DNA of 64,000 bases. Source: Gemmatimonadota bacterium. Its GTDB lineage: Bacteria > Gemmatimonadota > Gemmatimonadetes > Longimicrobiales > Gaopeijiaceae. The translations under genes were made by a program, and so were the position numbers. This document shows positions 1 through 11,712 of the stretch, one piece after another. The stretch lies in the NCBI GenBank assembly GCA_034521595.1, contig JAXHMG010000003.1, positions 1,888,001 through 1,952,000 on the forward strand, given 5' to 3'. The stretch's first letter is position 1. Each line of letters starts with the position of its first letter. The notes under the pieces are model-generated. The model worked only from the letters and a program-made list of their open reading frames with translations, was not told the origin of the DNA and did no database searches.

Positions 1-828
1 CTCCGTGAGCTCGATGAGCCCTTTGAGGCGATCGCCCGTCTCGAACTCCGGCTGAGACGCCAGCACGCTCGTATGACCCAGATGGAGCTGAGTCGGGTCG
101 AGGGTGCTCAGGTCGAAGAGCTCGCTTCCCTCCTGGACGAAGATGTTGATGAGCTCTTCACCAACCTCGCTGCGCGCGACGTCCTTCAGACGGTCCGGAA
201 GGGTTCGCCGGATTTCGTGAAACGTCGAGCCCGCCAGGCGTTCGTTCAAGGCGACCGTGATCTGTACGAGGGTCTCGGACGGGACTTCGACGGGAAGGTC
301 CACGTAGACGGTTCTCACCACCCCCCCGCGAATCGTCGCGATCAGGAGCACCTTGTTGGAAGAGACCTGGATGAGCTCGAGCTTCTCGAGCACGGCCTCT
401 TCGAGCCGCGGGGCCATCGCGATGCCGAGCTCGCTGGAGATCAAGCTGAGCGCACGCGTCGCCTGCATGACCAAGCGCTCGATCGCTGACGAGCCGGCGA
501 GTCCTACCTCCCGTTCGAGGTTCCGGCGCTCCGCGGCCGACAACGCGTGCGGCTCCATCAAGCGATCCACGAAAAAACGGTACGCGAGGTCCGTCGGGAT
601 GCGCCCGGCCGAGGTGTGCGGATGGAAGAGGTACCCCTTTTCCTCGAGGTCGCTCATCGTGTTCCGCACCGTCGCGGCGGAAACACCGAGATCGAACGAC
701 CGCGACACCGTGCGGCTTCCGGTCGGCTCCGCGCTCGACACGTACGTGCGCACGACCGCGTCGAGAACTTTTCGTTCCCTTTCGGTCAGATCCGTGCCGA
801 CCCAGTCGATACGCTCGGTGCTTTCCAT
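1..828 (-). CDS. hrcA: Heat-inducible transcription repressor HrcA (partial, runs off window start)
   Basis: Not in the ORF track. Reverse strand from ATG at 828 reads MESTERIDWVGTDLTERERKVLDAVVRTYVSSAEPTGSRTV...SAATVRNTMSDLEEKGYLFHPHTSAGRIPT, the HrcA signature; lies downstream of hemW as usual. Confidence 0.95.
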   Translation of the reverse strand, partial: MESTERIDWVGTDLTERERKVLDAVVRTYVSSAEPTGSRTVSRSFDLGVSAATVRNTMSDLEEKGYLFHPHTSAGRIPTDLAYRFFVDRLMEPHALSAAERRNLEREVGLAGSSAIERLVMQATRALSLISSELGIAMAPRLEEAVLEKLELIQVSSNKVLLIATIRGGVVRTVYVDLPVEVPSETLVQITVALNERLAGSTFHEIRRTLPDRLKDVARSEVGEELINIFVQEGSELFDLSTLDPTQLHLGHTSVLASQPEFETGDRLKGLIELTE

Positions 829-863
829 AGATCTTCGAAGATCGAAACAGTCCAAGGAGCCGG

Positions 864-2021
864 TCAACCCGTGTACTCGACCGCCAAGCGGTCGAGCAGG
901 AGCCACCCGCGAGCGTTGAGTCGAACGTGTCCGCCCTCGGTGTCGGCCAGCCCCTTCTCTACCCAATCGTCGACCAGATGAGCGCGCCGGGTTCCGGGGA
1001 GGGGCGCCTCGATCCCCCTGCTCGTGCGCAGGCGGAGCCAGATCCGCTCCAGCTCCATCGCGCTCGCATCCAGGACTTCGTGGTCGGCTTCGGGGGCCTC
1101 TCGGACACGAACCTTTTTGAGATACTCGTCCCACTCCCGGACGTTCCAAGCGCGTATGGGTGGCGCGTAGCTGTGGGCCCCGTTTCCGAGCCCGAGGTAA
1201 GGGGCTCCGCTCCAATAGGTGGCGTTGTGGCGGGCTTCGTAGGCGGGCCATGCGAAGTTCGAAACCTCGTAGTGGTGATATCCGGCACGCGTCAGGACTT
1301 CCGCCGCCTCCAGAAACTCCTCCGCGTAGCGGTCCTCATCGGCCACGGATTCCCGTCCTTCGGCGACCGCCCGACCGAGCGCCGTGTCCGGCTCGACGGT
1401 CAGCCCGTACAGGCTTACATGCGGGACGCCGAGGTCCACCGCCCGGGCAAGATCCTCGCTCCAGGAGCGTCCCAGGTGCGCGGGAAGGCCGAAGATCAGG
1501 TCGATGCTCACGTTCTCGATGCCCTCCCTGCGCGCCGTTGCGACAGCGCGTGGTCCGCCCTCGCTTCCGTGGAGCCGGCCCATCCAACGGAGCGCCGACT
1601 CGTGGAAGGTTTGCACGCCGAGGCTCAGCCGATTGACGCCGGCCGCCCGCCATCCCCGAGCCACGTCCTCGTCGAAGCTCTCGGGGTTGGCTTCGGCCGT
1701 CCACTCGAGATCGCCGTGGGCGAGACGCCTCGGCCCCAAGATATCCGCGAGGCCGCTCATCGCTCGCGGCCCGAGCAGAGACGGCGTACCTCCGCCGACG
1801 TACAGGGAGCTCAGCTCCGGATTCAGAAGGAACCGGCCAGAACGACGCACGTGGTCGAGCTCTCCGGAGATCGCCTCCCACCACGCCTCCGGGCCGCCTT
1901 CGGCCCGGACCTTCACGGCGAAATCACAGTAGACGCACCGCCGTGCACAGAAGGGGGCATGCACGTACACGGCCCCCACCGGTGTCGGCCGCAAGGTCCC
2001 CTCCGCCACTCGCCCCGTCAT
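864..2021 (-). CDS. hemW: Radical SAM heme chaperone HemW (HemN-like)
   Basis: YVHAPFCARRCVYCDF radical SAM motif, GGGTPS, YEVSNF and HNxxYW motifs. Confidence 0.92.
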   Translation of the reverse strand: MTGRVAEGTLRPTPVGAVYVHAPFCARRCVYCDFAVKVRAEGGPEAWWEAISGELDHVRRSGRFLLNPELSSLYVGGGTPSLLGPRAMSGLADILGPRRLAHGDLEWTAEANPESFDEDVARGWRAAGVNRLSLGVQTFHESALRWMGRLHGSEGGPRAVATARREGIENVSIDLIFGLPAHLGRSWSEDLARAVDLGVPHVSLYGLTVEPDTALGRAVAEGRESVADEDRYAEEFLEAAEVLTRAGYHHYEVSNFAWPAYEARHNATYWSGAPYLGLGNGAHSYAPPIRAWNVREWDEYLKKVRVREAPEADHEVLDASAMELERIWLRLRTSRGIEAPLPGTRRAHLVDDWVEKGLADTEGGHVRLNARGWLLLDRLAVEYTG

Positions 2022-2024
2022 CCC

Positions 2025-3209
2025 CTACGCGGCCCGGAAGAGCAGTCCCGGCATCTGCTCCACCGCACCGACGAGCTCGAGTTGAACGAGCAACGCGAGC
2101 GCGACAGGAACGTCGATCTCGGCGCGGGCCGCGAGCTCGTCGACGTGAAGGGGCCCTTCGCCCAAGGTCCGCAAGATCCGGCGCTCCGGCTCGTCGAGCG
2201 GGCGCTCGACAGTGCACGTCGTTCCGGTTCGCTCGTCGCAAATGGTCACTTCGGCGGAGTCACCGCCCGTCTCCTCCGCGTCGGCCCGACGACCGGCCGG
2301 AGCCGCTGAAAGGTCCGCGACACGTTCGACGAAGCTCTTTACGGAAACGAGCGGGAGAGCCCCCTCGGTCAGGAGCTGATTGCTTCCTGCGCACGAGGGG
2401 GTGTCGATGGGACCCGGTACGGCCCATACGTCCCGGCCGAGGTCGAGTGCGTGTTCCACGGTGATCAACGCGCCGCTGCGCGCGCCGGCTTCCACGACCA
2501 CGACCGTGTCGGCCAGCGCGGCCATGATCCGGTTCCTCCGCGGAAAGTGGTGGGGGAGGGGTGGCGTTCCCGGGAGGAACTCGCTCACGACCAGGCCGCG
2601 CTCCAAGAGCTCACGAAACAGCCGCCCGTGAGAGGTCGGGTAGGGCGCGTCCGCCCCCCGACCCACGACCGCGATCGTGTCTCCCCGCGCAGCGAGGGTG
2701 CCGCGGTGCGCCGCGGCGTCGATGCCCAACGCCATCCCGCTGACCACCGGCGCTCCCGCCCCACCCAACGCGCGTCCCAAGGCGTGCGCGAGGTTCTTGC
2801 CGCGGCCGGTGCAGCGGCGGGACCCCACGACGGAAACCCCGCCGCGATCGAGGAGCTCGATGCGTCCACGGAGAAAGAGCACGGGTGGAGGGTCCGCCAA
2901 CTGGAGAAGTCCGCCCGGATACGTCGGGTCGAACCACGAACAGGTACGCATCGCGAGCCGCTCGGCTTCGGCCAGACCCGTGTCGACGCGCTCGCGGTGC
3001 GCCGGGTTCGCGCGTTCCCGCGCCGCCTGATCGCCCACCATGGCGGCCACGGTGCCGTGCGGGGCGTTCAGCGTTCCCTGCGCCGACCCGAACGCCTCCA
3101 CCAACGCTCGAATCCGGCGAGGGCCGACTCCCGGTAGCTGGTCGAGGAGAAGGAGCGCACGGGTCTCCTTCGGAGACGCGCCCACGGGTCGGCTCACGGG
3201 GTCCACCAC
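2025..3209 (-). CDS. dprA: DNA-processing protein DprA
   Basis: [42 protein letters not shown]-terminal winged helix. Confidence 0.95.
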   Translation of the reverse strand: MVDPVSRPVGASPKETRALLLLDQLPGVGPRRIRALVEAFGSAQGTLNAPHGTVAAMVGDQAARERANPAHRERVDTGLAEAERLAMRTCSWFDPTYPGGLLQLADPPPVLFLRGRIELLDRGGVSVVGSRRCTGRGKNLAHALGRALGGAGAPVVSGMALGIDAAAHRGTLAARGDTIAVVGRGADAPYPTSHGRLFRELLERGLVVSEFLPGTPPLPHHFPRRNRIMAALADTVVVVEAGARSGALITVEHALDLGRDVWAVPGPIDTPSCAGSNQLLTEGALPLVSVKSFVERVADLSAAPAGRRADAEETGGDSAEVTICDERTGTTCTVERPLDEPERRILRTLGEGPLHVDELAARAEIDVPVALALLVQLELVGAVEQMPGLLFRAA

Positions 3210-4234
3210 TCCTCGTCTTCCTCCACCGCCACCTCCTTCCTGGATTCACCGTGCAGATCCTTTCGGCTGGCCTCCCAGAGCTTCTCCACCAGGGTGTCGA
3301 TCCCCCGGCGCGTGACGGACGACACTTGGAGCACGCCGAGGGCTCCCTCGGCATCGAGGGCGGGCGGCTCTTCACCCGGGGGAAGGAGGTCGATCTTCGT
3401 GAACGCGACGTAATAAGGCGTGCGCGCGAGCTCGGCCGAGTAGGCCTGGAGCTCCTCCCGGATACGGTCGTATTCCGCCTGCGGGTCTTCCACATCCACC
3501 GGAACCATGAGCAGGAGCACCCGGGTCCGCTCGATATGTCGGAGGAACTGGTGACCGAGTCCCTTCCCTTCGTGCGCGCCGCCGATGATGCCGGGAATAT
3601 CGGCCATCACGAAGGTTCGGTAGCCGGAGAGCTCCACGACCCCGAGGTTCGGCTCGAGCGTGGTGAACGGGTACGCAGCAACCTTGGGGTGAGCCGCCGT
3701 GGCGGACGCGAGCAGGGTCGATTTGCCCGCATTCGGCTCACCGACGAGCCCGACGTCGGCGATCAGCTTGAGCTCCAGGCGCAGGCGCCGCTCCTCCCCC
3801 TCGTCGCCGGGCTCCCACTCGGTCGGAGCCTGCCGCGTCGCCGATTTGAAACGAACGTTTCCACGACCCCCGCGGCCGCCGCGCGCAACCAGCACCCGCG
3901 CGCCCTCTTCGAGCAGTTCCCCGATACGCTCACCGGTGTCGGCGTCGTAGGCGATGGTGCCGGGTGGAACCTTCAGGACCAGGTCTTCACCGGACTTCCC
4001 GGTTCGCTGGTTCCCTCCCCCGTGGAGCCCCCGTTCCGCGCGGTAGTGACGGCGGTAGCTGTAGTCGAGGAGGGTGGCGAGCTGCCCGTCGGCTTCGAGG
4101 ATGACGTCGCCTCCTTTTCCTCCGTCGCCTCCGGCCGGCCCGCCCCGTGGCACGCCCTTCTCCCTGCGGAACGCTTCCGAGCCGGAGCCGCCGATTCCGG
4201 CGGCGACTTCGATGACGGCGTGATCGACGAACAT
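3194..4234 (-). CDS. obgE: GTPase ObgE
   Basis: [37 protein letters not shown]; start placed at MFVD. Confidence 0.97.
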   Translation of the reverse strand: MFVDHAVIEVAAGIGGSGSEAFRREKGVPRGGPAGGDGGKGGDVILEADGQLATLLDYSYRRHYRAERGLHGGGNQRTGKSGEDLVLKVPPGTIAYDADTGERIGELLEEGARVLVARGGRGGRGNVRFKSATRQAPTEWEPGDEGEERRLRLELKLIADVGLVGEPNAGKSTLLASATAAHPKVAAYPFTTLEPNLGVVELSGYRTFVMADIPGIIGGAHEGKGLGHQFLRHIERTRVLLLMVPVDVEDPQAEYDRIREELQAYSAELARTPYYVAFTKIDLLPPGEEPPALDAEGALGVLQVSSVTRRGIDTLVEKLWEASRKDLHGESRKEVAVEEDEEWWTP

Positions 4235-4235
4235 G

Positions 4236-5273
4236 TCAGGGCTCCCGGACAAGAGTAGGTGCAGGACTCGACGGGGTGCGGCGCGATACGCCCTCGAGGA
4301 AGAACGCCGGCCGGATCTCGCCCACGACCTCGCCGCGCGTGTTGCGAACCTCGGGTCGTCCGTGCGCTTTGAGCGCGGCTACCTCGGACGGCCGCAGCAC
4401 ACCCAGCTCCACGAGCAGGTGCACGAGCGCGACCTCGACGGCACGACGCCCGCCGTCCTCGACCTTGATGGCGAAACCCAGCTCGCGGCCCGGGATGCCA
4501 CCACCGTAGACGCCCTCGGCTCCCAGCTTGACGAAGACCCGCCCCCCGGTGCTCTCCATCACGTCGGTGCACGCACGCCCCTCTCCCCCCACCATGAGCG
4601 GATGAGCGGTCATCGCCTCGACGATGTGGGCCGGACATTCACCGTGAGCCGCTGCGGCGGCGAAGTGCGCGAACGACGTGGCCATGGCGCCCAGCCCGAC
4701 CGCGAAGCACGGAATACCGCAACCGTCGATCGCCGTCTCGATCTCCTCTTCCGGGATCCCGGACCAGCGCGCCACTTCATGCAACATGCGGCGTTGTACA
4801 GGATGGTCGGCCCGGTGATAGTCGACGGGATCCCAACCCATGCCGACCGCCAGAGCGAGCATGCCGGCATGCTTGCCCGAGCAGTTGTTGTGTGCGGGAG
4901 AGGGGCCCGCCCCGGAATCTCGGAGGGCTCGAGCCGCCGAATCCGAGTAGGGCAGGTGAGGCCCACACTGGAGCGACCGCTCGTCCACTCCGGCTTTGGC
5001 GAGGATCGAGTGTGTTACCGCGACGTGGGCTCTCGTTCCTTCATGGGACCCGCAACACAACGCGAGCTCCGGCGGGGTCAAGCCGAGTCCGCGGACGATC
5101 CCTTCCTCCACGAGCGGCAGCGCCTGGAAGGGCTTGGCCGCCGACCGGTAGAAGGCCGGCGCCGCCACGTCCCCGACCGAGGCGACGAGCGTTCCCCGGG
5201 CATCCGAGACGCACAGCCGCACCCGATGCCGAGACTCCGTGATGCCGCCCCGCGTTACTTCGACGAAGCTCAT
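4236..5273 (-). CDS. L-asparaginase II (Rhizobium etli AnsA type)
   Basis: RSAAKPFQA and [10 protein letters not shown] motifs, DGCG, KLGAEGV. Confidence 0.88.
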   Translation of the reverse strand: MSFVEVTRGGITESRHRVRLCVSDARGTLVASVGDVAAPAFYRSAAKPFQALPLVEEGIVRGLGLTPPELALCCGSHEGTRAHVAVTHSILAKAGVDERSLQCGPHLPYSDSAARALRDSGAGPSPAHNNCSGKHAGMLALAVGMGWDPVDYHRADHPVQRRMLHEVARWSGIPEEEIETAIDGCGIPCFAVGLGAMATSFAHFAAAAAHGECPAHIVEAMTAHPLMVGGEGRACTDVMESTGGRVFVKLGAEGVYGGGIPGRELGFAIKVEDGGRRAVEVALVHLLVELGVLRPSEVAALKAHGRPEVRNTRGEVVGEIRPAFFLEGVSRRTPSSPAPTLVREP

Positions 5274-5385
5274 GGCCGATGCCGTGCCGGGTGCGTGTGA
5301 ACGTGCGCGCGCATGTCATCAAATAAGCCCGTTGGGGCCCATCGCGACATGTCGGGATGGGACGGACTCGCGCCGGCCCGCCCCC

Positions 5386-7020
5386 TCAGGATCCCTCGGC
5401 CACCGTTTCCACGCTTCCGGTGAGCACCTCGAACAGCTCGTCGGGGGACGTCACTCCGCCGAGCAAATCGAGCGCTTCTTCGAGCTGGCGGTCATAGCGA
5501 GCGCTCTGCTCGAACTGTCCCTGCTCACCCCATGCTTGGAGCGCGATCTCACGCTCGAGGTGGTAGCGAACGAAACGCTCCGCACGCTCGAAGTGCTCTC
5601 GATCGGCGGCCTCCCCGGTTTCGGGCAGGGAGCCGTAAAAGGCGTCCAGATCGGCGCTGCTGAGTGAGAAACCGGGTTGGAGATCCGGATGCTCACGGAC
5701 GTAGGTGACGGCGAAGCGGAAGAGCGCCTGCTGGAACTGACCCCCGCGGCGAAAGATGCGCTGCACCGAGCGCGCCTCCGCATTACTGAGGGTCTCGGGA
5801 ACGCTCACGACGTCCGGCACGATCCCTCCTCCTCCGTAGATCGTCCGTCCTCCCAGAGACCGGTGCTCCGGCCGGTCGCCGACGCCACTCGAATCCACCA
5901 TCTGTCCGGAGATGGACAGGGCGTGCAGAGCTTCGTCCTCAGCTTCGTCCCGGTCTTCGTCGCGGGGGGCATCGATGGAACGGCCCACCGGGGTGTACCA
6001 CCTCGCGGTCGTGAGCCGGAGGACGTTGCCTCCGCTCAGCCGGTAGAGGCTCTGGACCGAACCCTTTCCGAAGGTCGGTTGACCGAGGACGGCGGCGCGG
6101 TCGTGGTCCTGAAGCGCGCCCGCCACGATCTCGGCCGCCGACGCGCTCGTTCCGTCGACGAGCACGAGCACGGGAAGGTCGGGGTAGGCTTCCCCATCCC
6201 CCGCCCGGAACGTCTCGCTCTGTCCCTCGTCCCTGCCTCTCGTCTCCACGATCGGCTCGCCTTCCGGGAGGAAGAGGTCGGTGACCGCGATGCCTTCATC
6301 CAACAACCCGCCGGGGTTCCCGCGCAGATCGAGGATCAGCGCCCGGGCGCCCTCGCTCCGAAGCGAGTCCACCGCGGCGCGCACCTCATCGGACGACGTC
6401 TCCCGCACCGTCTGCAGCGGCACGTACCCGACATCGCCACGGAGCTTCAGCGCGAAGGGGACCGCCTTGAGCTGGATGACCTCCCGCTCGAGCGTGAACG
6501 GGATCGGGTCCTCCACGCCGGGTCGGAGCATCAGCACGTCGACCTCGGTGCCCGGCTCGCCGCGCAGCAAGCCCACCGCCTGGTCCGTGTCCATCGTGTC
6601 GGCCCGGACGCCGTCGATCTCGTAGAACCGGTCACCCGGGCGCAAACCCGCGCGCGCACCCGGAGAGCTCGGTATCGGGCTCACCACGGTCACGTAGCCG
6701 TCCCGATCCACGATTTCGAGGCCCACGCCTCCGTACTCGCCCTCGGTACGGATCCTGAGGTTCTCGTAGTCCGAGGCGGGGAGGAACGAGGAGTGCGGGT
6801 CACCGAGATCTTCGATCACGCCGTCGATGGCCGATCGGTACAGGGTCTCCTCGTCGACTTCCTCGACGAAGCTCGACTTCACCCGGTCCACCACCTCCTG
6901 GACGAGGCGCACACGGGTATAGACGTTCTCCGAACGCTCGACCCCTTCCTGGAGCAACCATCCGCCCGCGGCCACCGACAGCGCGACCACGAACACGGGT
7001 ACGACGAATCCTCGTTTCAA
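5386..7020 (-). CDS. S41 carboxy-terminal processing protease (CtpA/Prc family)
   Basis: N-terminal membrane anchor, PDZ domain, DLRGNPGGLL, SASAAEIVAGALQD, TFGKGSVQ. Confidence 0.93.
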   Translation of the reverse strand: MKRGFVVPVFVVALSVAAGGWLLQEGVERSENVYTRVRLVQEVVDRVKSSFVEEVDEETLYRSAIDGVIEDLGDPHSSFLPASDYENLRIRTEGEYGGVGLEIVDRDGYVTVVSPIPSSPGARAGLRPGDRFYEIDGVRADTMDTDQAVGLLRGEPGTEVDVLMLRPGVEDPIPFTLEREVIQLKAVPFALKLRGDVGYVPLQTVRETSSDEVRAAVDSLRSEGARALILDLRGNPGGLLDEGIAVTDLFLPEGEPIVETRGRDEGQSETFRAGDGEAYPDLPVLVLVDGTSASAAEIVAGALQDHDRAAVLGQPTFGKGSVQSLYRLSGGNVLRLTTARWYTPVGRSIDAPRDEDRDEAEDEALHALSISGQMVDSSGVGDRPEHRSLGGRTIYGGGGIVPDVVSVPETLSNAEARSVQRIFRRGGQFQQALFRFAVTYVREHPDLQPGFSLSSADLDAFYGSLPETGEAADREHFERAERFVRYHLEREIALQAWGEQGQFEQSARYDRQLEEALDLLGGVTSPDELFEVLTGSVETVAEGS

Positions 7021-7055
7021 CTTCCCTCCCTGAGACCATCTGACGTAACGGTCAC

Positions 7056-7706
7056 TTATACCTGCGGCGCGCGGAAGGTTTCCGGGAAGCGCTCGTGGAG
7101 GAGGCCACGTAGGCGGCGATGCACTTCTTCCGCCGTGCCGGACGCGGCCACCGTGGCCACGTCCCGCTCCACACCGGCCAGTTCCAGATATCCCTGCCGC
7201 ACGCGCTCCAAGAACCCGTCACCGGCACGCTCGATCCGGTCGGGATCGCCTCCGGCCCGTCGCTGCCGCGCCGTTCCGTCCGGGACGGGCAGATCCAGGA
7301 CGATGTAGAGATCGGGCCGGAGCCCGCCCGTCGCGAAATCGATGCCCGACCGGACCGTAGCCAGGTCCAGGCCGCGTCCGTACCCCTGGTAGGCCAGAGT
7401 CGACAACGCGAAGCGGTCCGCGAGCACCACCTTACCTTCCTCCAGTGCCGGCCTGACGACGTCGCGCACGAACGCGGCGCGCGCGGCCAGAATCAGGAGC
7501 AGCTCGGTCTCGACCGGAACATCGAGATCCGCCCGAGCGAGCACGACCTCGCGGATGGCCTCGCCCACCGGCGTGCCGCCCGGCTCGCGCGCCGCCACGT
7601 GGTCCACGCCGGCCTCGCGCATCCACCCGGAGAGGAGCGCGACCTGGGTCGTCTTCCCGGCCCCCTCACCTCCTTCGAGCACGATGAACAGCCCCCGGTC
7701 GGCCAT
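7056..7706 (-). CDS. tmk: Thymidylate kinase
   Basis: EGGEGAGKTTQ P-loop, REPGGT, DRFALSTLAYQGYGRG; start uncertain (7706 or 7751). Confidence 0.95.
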   Translation of the reverse strand: MADRGLFIVLEGGEGAGKTTQVALLSGWMREAGVDHVAAREPGGTPVGEAIREVVLARADLDVPVETELLLILAARAAFVRDVVRPALEEGKVVLADRFALSTLAYQGYGRGLDLATVRSGIDFATGGLRPDLYIVLDLPVPDGTARQRRAGGDPDRIERAGDGFLERVRQGYLELAGVERDVATVAASGTAEEVHRRLRGLLHERFPETFRAPQV

Positions 7707-7784
7707 GACTTCAGGCTCCGCGGGGGAGCGGACGGCCGTGGCGGGGCGCACCCGGGCACCCTGCCACGCCGCCCTTCTCCCCCA

Positions 7785-9101
7785 TCAGTCGTAGTACTCG
7801 ACGCCGAGGTGGGTGATCATCTCCTCGCCCATCATCCAGCGCAGCGTGTTCTTCAGCTTCCAGTGCTGGATGAAGATGTCGTGCTCCGGATAGAGGCCGG
7901 GTGCCGTCTGCGGGCTCTTGAAGTAGAACGACAGCCACTCCTGGATGCCGCCCATCCCGGCTCTGGACGCGAGGTCCAGGAACAGCGCGAGGTCGAGCAC
8001 GATGGGCGCGGCCAGGATGGAGTCCCTGCACAGGAAGTCCACCTTGATCTGCATGCCGTACCCCATCCACCCGAAGATGTCGATGTTGTCCCAGCCCTCC
8101 TTGTTGTCTCCACGCGGCGGGTAGTAGTTGATCCGCACCTTGTGGTACATGTTCCCGTAGAGCTCGGGGTAGGTCTGGGGCTGCAGGATGTGCTCGAGCA
8201 CCCCGAGCTTCGAGACTTCCTTGGTCTTGAACGACTCGGGGTCGTCGAGCACCTCACCGTCCCGGTTCCCGAGAATGTTCGTGCTGAACCAGCCGGAAAG
8301 CCCGAGCATGCGCGTCTTGAAGCCCGGCGCGAGGATGGTCTTCATGAGGGTCTGGCCCGTCTTGAAGTCCTTCCCGGCGATCGGTACGCCTTTCTCCTTC
8401 GCCAGATCTTCGAAGGCCTGAAAGTCGGCCGAGAGGTTGGGCGCTCCGTTGGCGTAGGGCACGCCCTCCATGAGGGCGGCGTAGGCGTAGAGCTGGCTCG
8501 GCGCGATGTCGTCGTGGTTTTCCTCCATGCCCTTCTCGAAGGCCTCGATGGTCTCGTGCACGGCGCCCGGCCGCACGTAGACCTCGGTCGAGCCGCACCA
8601 TACCATGACGAGACGGTCGCAGCCGTTCTCCTTCTTGAATCGGCGGATGTCTTCACGGAGCTGTTCGGCGAGCTCCCGCTTGTTCGCGGCCTTCTTGACG
8701 TTCGTTCCGTCGAGCTTCTTCACGTAGCGGGTGTCGAACGCGGCGGGCATCGGCTTGATCGCCGAGAGGAAATCCTTGATCGGGTCGATGTGCTCGTGTT
8801 TGTCCAACACGCCGGCGTGAACGGCGCTCTCGTAGCCGTCGTCCGCGATCGGATCCCACGCGCCGAAGACGAGGTCGTCCATCTCCGAGAGAGGCGCGAA
8901 GTCCTTGATGAGGGGCGTACGGCCGTCGGTACGCTTCCCGAGCCGGATGGTGTTCATCTGCGTCAGGCTGCCGATCGGGGACGCGAGCCCCCGTCGCGCG
9001 GCTTCCACGCCGGCCACGAAGGTGGTCGCCACGGCCCCGAACCCGGGAAGGAGCACGCCGAGCTTGCCCTCGGCCGGTCGGATCTCGTTCGGTCGCTTCA
9101 C
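7785..9101 (-). CDS. ino1: Inositol-3-phosphate synthase
   Basis: GKDFKTGQTLMKT, NILGNRDG, GDNKEGWD, RDSILAAPIVLDL. Confidence 0.93.
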   Translation of the reverse strand: MKRPNEIRPAEGKLGVLLPGFGAVATTFVAGVEAARRGLASPIGSLTQMNTIRLGKRTDGRTPLIKDFAPLSEMDDLVFGAWDPIADDGYESAVHAGVLDKHEHIDPIKDFLSAIKPMPAAFDTRYVKKLDGTNVKKAANKRELAEQLREDIRRFKKENGCDRLVMVWCGSTEVYVRPGAVHETIEAFEKGMEENHDDIAPSQLYAYAALMEGVPYANGAPNLSADFQAFEDLAKEKGVPIAGKDFKTGQTLMKTILAPGFKTRMLGLSGWFSTNILGNRDGEVLDDPESFKTKEVSKLGVLEHILQPQTYPELYGNMYHKVRINYYPPRGDNKEGWDNIDIFGWMGYGMQIKVDFLCRDSILAAPIVLDLALFLDLASRAGMGGIQEWLSFYFKSPQTAPGLYPEHDIFIQHWKLKNTLRWMMGEEMITHLGVEYYD

Positions 9102-9153
9102 GTTCGTCCTCGTTGCGTATGGTGGTTCGCCCCTGACCGCGACGTCGTACGGG

Positions 9154-9510
9154 TCACGAGAGAATGATGCGGCTCTTGGCCCCTTCTTCGATGCCTTCGG
9201 ACACCGTCTCGTTCACCTTCTGCATGACCTTCTCGAACTCCGACTGAGCCGCGATGACCTTCTGAAAGGCCGGCCGACTCTGTAGCTCCTCGGCCACCTC
9301 AGTGTACTCGTTGCGGAGCTCCTCGTCGGGCTGCCGTCCGGCCTGGACGTCACCCTCGAGCTTCTTCTCGAGCTCCTGGATGCGGTTCCGAAGCTCGACA
9401 AGCTCGCGGTCCTCGTCCACCGCGTCCATCGCCCGGCGCAGCGCCTGATACTCCTCGGTGCGCGCGATCGCGTTTCCCAGGTCCTTGGCTTTCTCGATGA
9501 TCTGTTCCAT
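9154..9510 (-). CDS. YlbF/YmcA-family helical regulator
   Basis: All-helical 118 aa; EKAKDLGNAIARTEEYQAL...FQKVIAAQSEFEKVMQKVNETVS pattern. Confidence 0.7.
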   Translation of the reverse strand: MEQIIEKAKDLGNAIARTEEYQALRRAMDAVDEDRELVELRNRIQELEKKLEGDVQAGRQPDEELRNEYTEVAEELQSRPAFQKVIAAQSEFEKVMQKVNETVSEGIEEGAKSRIILS

Positions 9511-9558
9511 CGGTCGTGTCTCCTTGCTGTTTGTTGAGTCTACGTTGCGTCGATCGTT

Positions 9559-10539
9559 CTATGTCGTGGGCTCCGGCCCGTCCGGCCGCGAGCATTTCGC
9601 CGTCACGACGCGCTCGCGGCCCGTCAGGTCAGCCTTCACTTCGACGTCCTTCCATGTTTCGGCGGATTCGAGCATCCGCCGCACGGCCCCGACCTGCCCC
9701 GAGCCCACCTCGAGCGCCAGCAGCCCGTCCGGCCGCAGCCGCCCGGGGGCCCCGGCGACGAGCCTCCGGACCACGTCCAGCCCGTCCTCGCCGGCGAACA
9801 ACGCTATCGCCGGCTCCCATTCCACGATCTCGGGCTCGAGCTCCGCCCGCTCGCCCCGGGCCACGTAGGGCGGATTCGAAACGATGACGTCGAATTGTTC
9901 GTCCGGCTCGAGCCCTTCGTAGTCGGCTCCGGCGCGGAGCTCGACCTTCCCGTCGAGACCCGCGGCCGCCCGGTTCCGCGCGGCGAGCTCGAGCGCCTCC
10001 GGCGCCGGATCCGTGCCGACCACGCGGCGGAACGGTCCTTCGAGCGCCAGCGACAAAGCGATCGCCCCCGAGCCGGTTCCCACATCGAGGGCGTCGAGCG
10101 CTCCGCCGTCCTCCCGCGCCTCCACCCATCCGAGCACCTCTCCAACCAAGACCTCCGTCTCCGGCCTGGGTATCAACACCCGGCCATCGACTTCGAGATC
10201 CAGCTCCCGGAAGGGTTGGTGCCCGAGAATGTATTGTAGCGGCTCACGCCGTGCGCGTCTCTTGAGCAACGGGCGAAACGCGTCGAGCTCTTCCCGGGCC
10301 AGGGGACGGTCGTACTGCAAGTAGAGGTCGAGGCGCTTCATGCCGAGCGCGTGCGCCAGCAGGTGTTCCCCGTCGAGCCGTGCGCGATCGACACCCTTCG
10401 TCCGGAGATACTCCGCGCTCCACAGGATGAGGTTGAGCACCGTCCACGCATCGGGCGCCTCCGGTACCCCGCCATTTCCCGGACGGGCGGCCGTGGCTTC
10501 CGACGATCCCGTCCCGGATCCCGCCTTCGGGCCCGTCAT
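9559..10539 (-). CDS. prmC: Release factor glutamine methyltransferase
   Basis: [27 protein letters not shown] overlap with prfA. Confidence 0.96.
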   Translation of the reverse strand: MTGPKAGSGTGSSEATAARPGNGGVPEAPDAWTVLNLILWSAEYLRTKGVDRARLDGEHLLAHALGMKRLDLYLQYDRPLAREELDAFRPLLKRRARREPLQYILGHQPFRELDLEVDGRVLIPRPETEVLVGEVLGWVEAREDGGALDALDVGTGSGAIALSLALEGPFRRVVGTDPAPEALELAARNRAAAGLDGKVELRAGADYEGLEPDEQFDVIVSNPPYVARGERAELEPEIVEWEPAIALFAGEDGLDVVRRLVAGAPGRLRPDGLLALEVGSGQVGAVRRMLESAETWKDVEVKADLTGRERVVTAKCSRPDGPEPTT

Positions 10540-11633
10540 TGATCCGAAGCGACGAGGCGCTCTTCTTCAGCCGCGATGCGAAGAGAGCTGATGATCTCGT
10601 CGAGGTCGCCCTCGAGCACGTCGTCGAGGCGGTGAAGCGTCAGGCCGATGCGGTGATCCGTGACCCGGCTCTGGGGAAAGTTGTAGGTACGGATCTTCGC
10701 GGAGCGATCGCCCGTGCCCACCTGTGTCTTCCGCTCCCGTGCCCGCTCTGCCTCCCGCTCCGCGACCATGCGGTCGAGCAGACGGCTCCGCAGCACCTTC
10801 ATGGCCTTCGCCTTGTTCTTGTGCTGGGATTTCTCGTCCTGGCAGGACACCACGAGTCCGGTCGGGACATGGGTGATCCGCACGGCGGAATCCGTGGTGT
10901 TGACCGATTGCCCCCCGGGTCCGGAGGAACGGAAGACGTCGATGCGCAAGTCGTTCGGATCGATGTGCAGGTCGACCTCCTCGGCCTCGGGGAGCACGGC
11001 CACGGTCGCCGCCGACGTGTGGACGCGGCCCTGGCTCTCGGTCTCGGGCACGCGTTGCACCCGATGCACTCCGGATTCGTAGCGGAGGCGGCCGTAAGCT
11101 CCCTTCCCCCTCACCGTGAAGATCGCCTCGCGAATCGCCCCGGGGATGCCCTCGGACAGGCTCATGAGCTCTATGGTCCACCCCTCTCGCTCGGCCACGC
11201 GGCGGTACATGCGCAGGAGGTCCTGGGCGAACAGGCCGGCTTCGTCTCCGCCGGTCCCCGCGCGGATCTCGACCACCGCCGCCCGATCCGCGAGCGGGTC
11301 GGGCGGGATCAACAATTCCTTGACCCGATCCTGCAGCCGGGAAACCCTTTGGTCGATCGACTCGAGCTCGCTCTCGGCCAGCGCGGCCATGTCGTCGTCA
11401 TCCGTCTCGGCGAGGAGCTCGGCCGCGCCCCGGCGTTCCTCGAGGAGGGCACGCAACTGCCGTCCGGCTTCGACCACGGGCTCGAGGTGGGCCCGTTCCT
11501 GGCCGAGCGTTCTGAGCTGCTCCGGATCGGACGTGACCTCGGGGCTCGCGAGCTGAGCATCGACCTCGACGAAACGGCGCTCCGCGTCCCGGAGGCGCTC
11601 TTCGAGTCGAGGGTCCAGCGCATCCGGTTTCAT
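10536..11633 (-). CDS. prfA: Peptide chain release factor 1
   Basis: [12 protein letters not shown] (PxT motif), [17 protein letters not shown]. Confidence 0.98.
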   Translation of the reverse strand: MKPDALDPRLEERLRDAERRFVEVDAQLASPEVTSDPEQLRTLGQERAHLEPVVEAGRQLRALLEERRGAAELLAETDDDDMAALAESELESIDQRVSRLQDRVKELLIPPDPLADRAAVVEIRAGTGGDEAGLFAQDLLRMYRRVAEREGWTIELMSLSEGIPGAIREAIFTVRGKGAYGRLRYESGVHRVQRVPETESQGRVHTSAATVAVLPEAEEVDLHIDPNDLRIDVFRSSGPGGQSVNTTDSAVRITHVPTGLVVSCQDEKSQHKNKAKAMKVLRSRLLDRMVAEREAERARERKTQVGTGDRSAKIRTYNFPQSRVTDHRIGLTLHRLDDVLEGDLDEIISSLRIAAEEERLVASDQ

Positions 11634-11712
11634 GCGAGACGACGACCCTTCGGCCGATCAACCCGTCCGAGCACGGAACGCCGGGCGCGGGCCGGGGAGC
11701 GCCCGCGGCGGA

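Noticed and set aside
829-863. CIRCE operator upstream of hrcA
   Set aside because: No TTAGCACTC-N9-GAGTGCTAA match.
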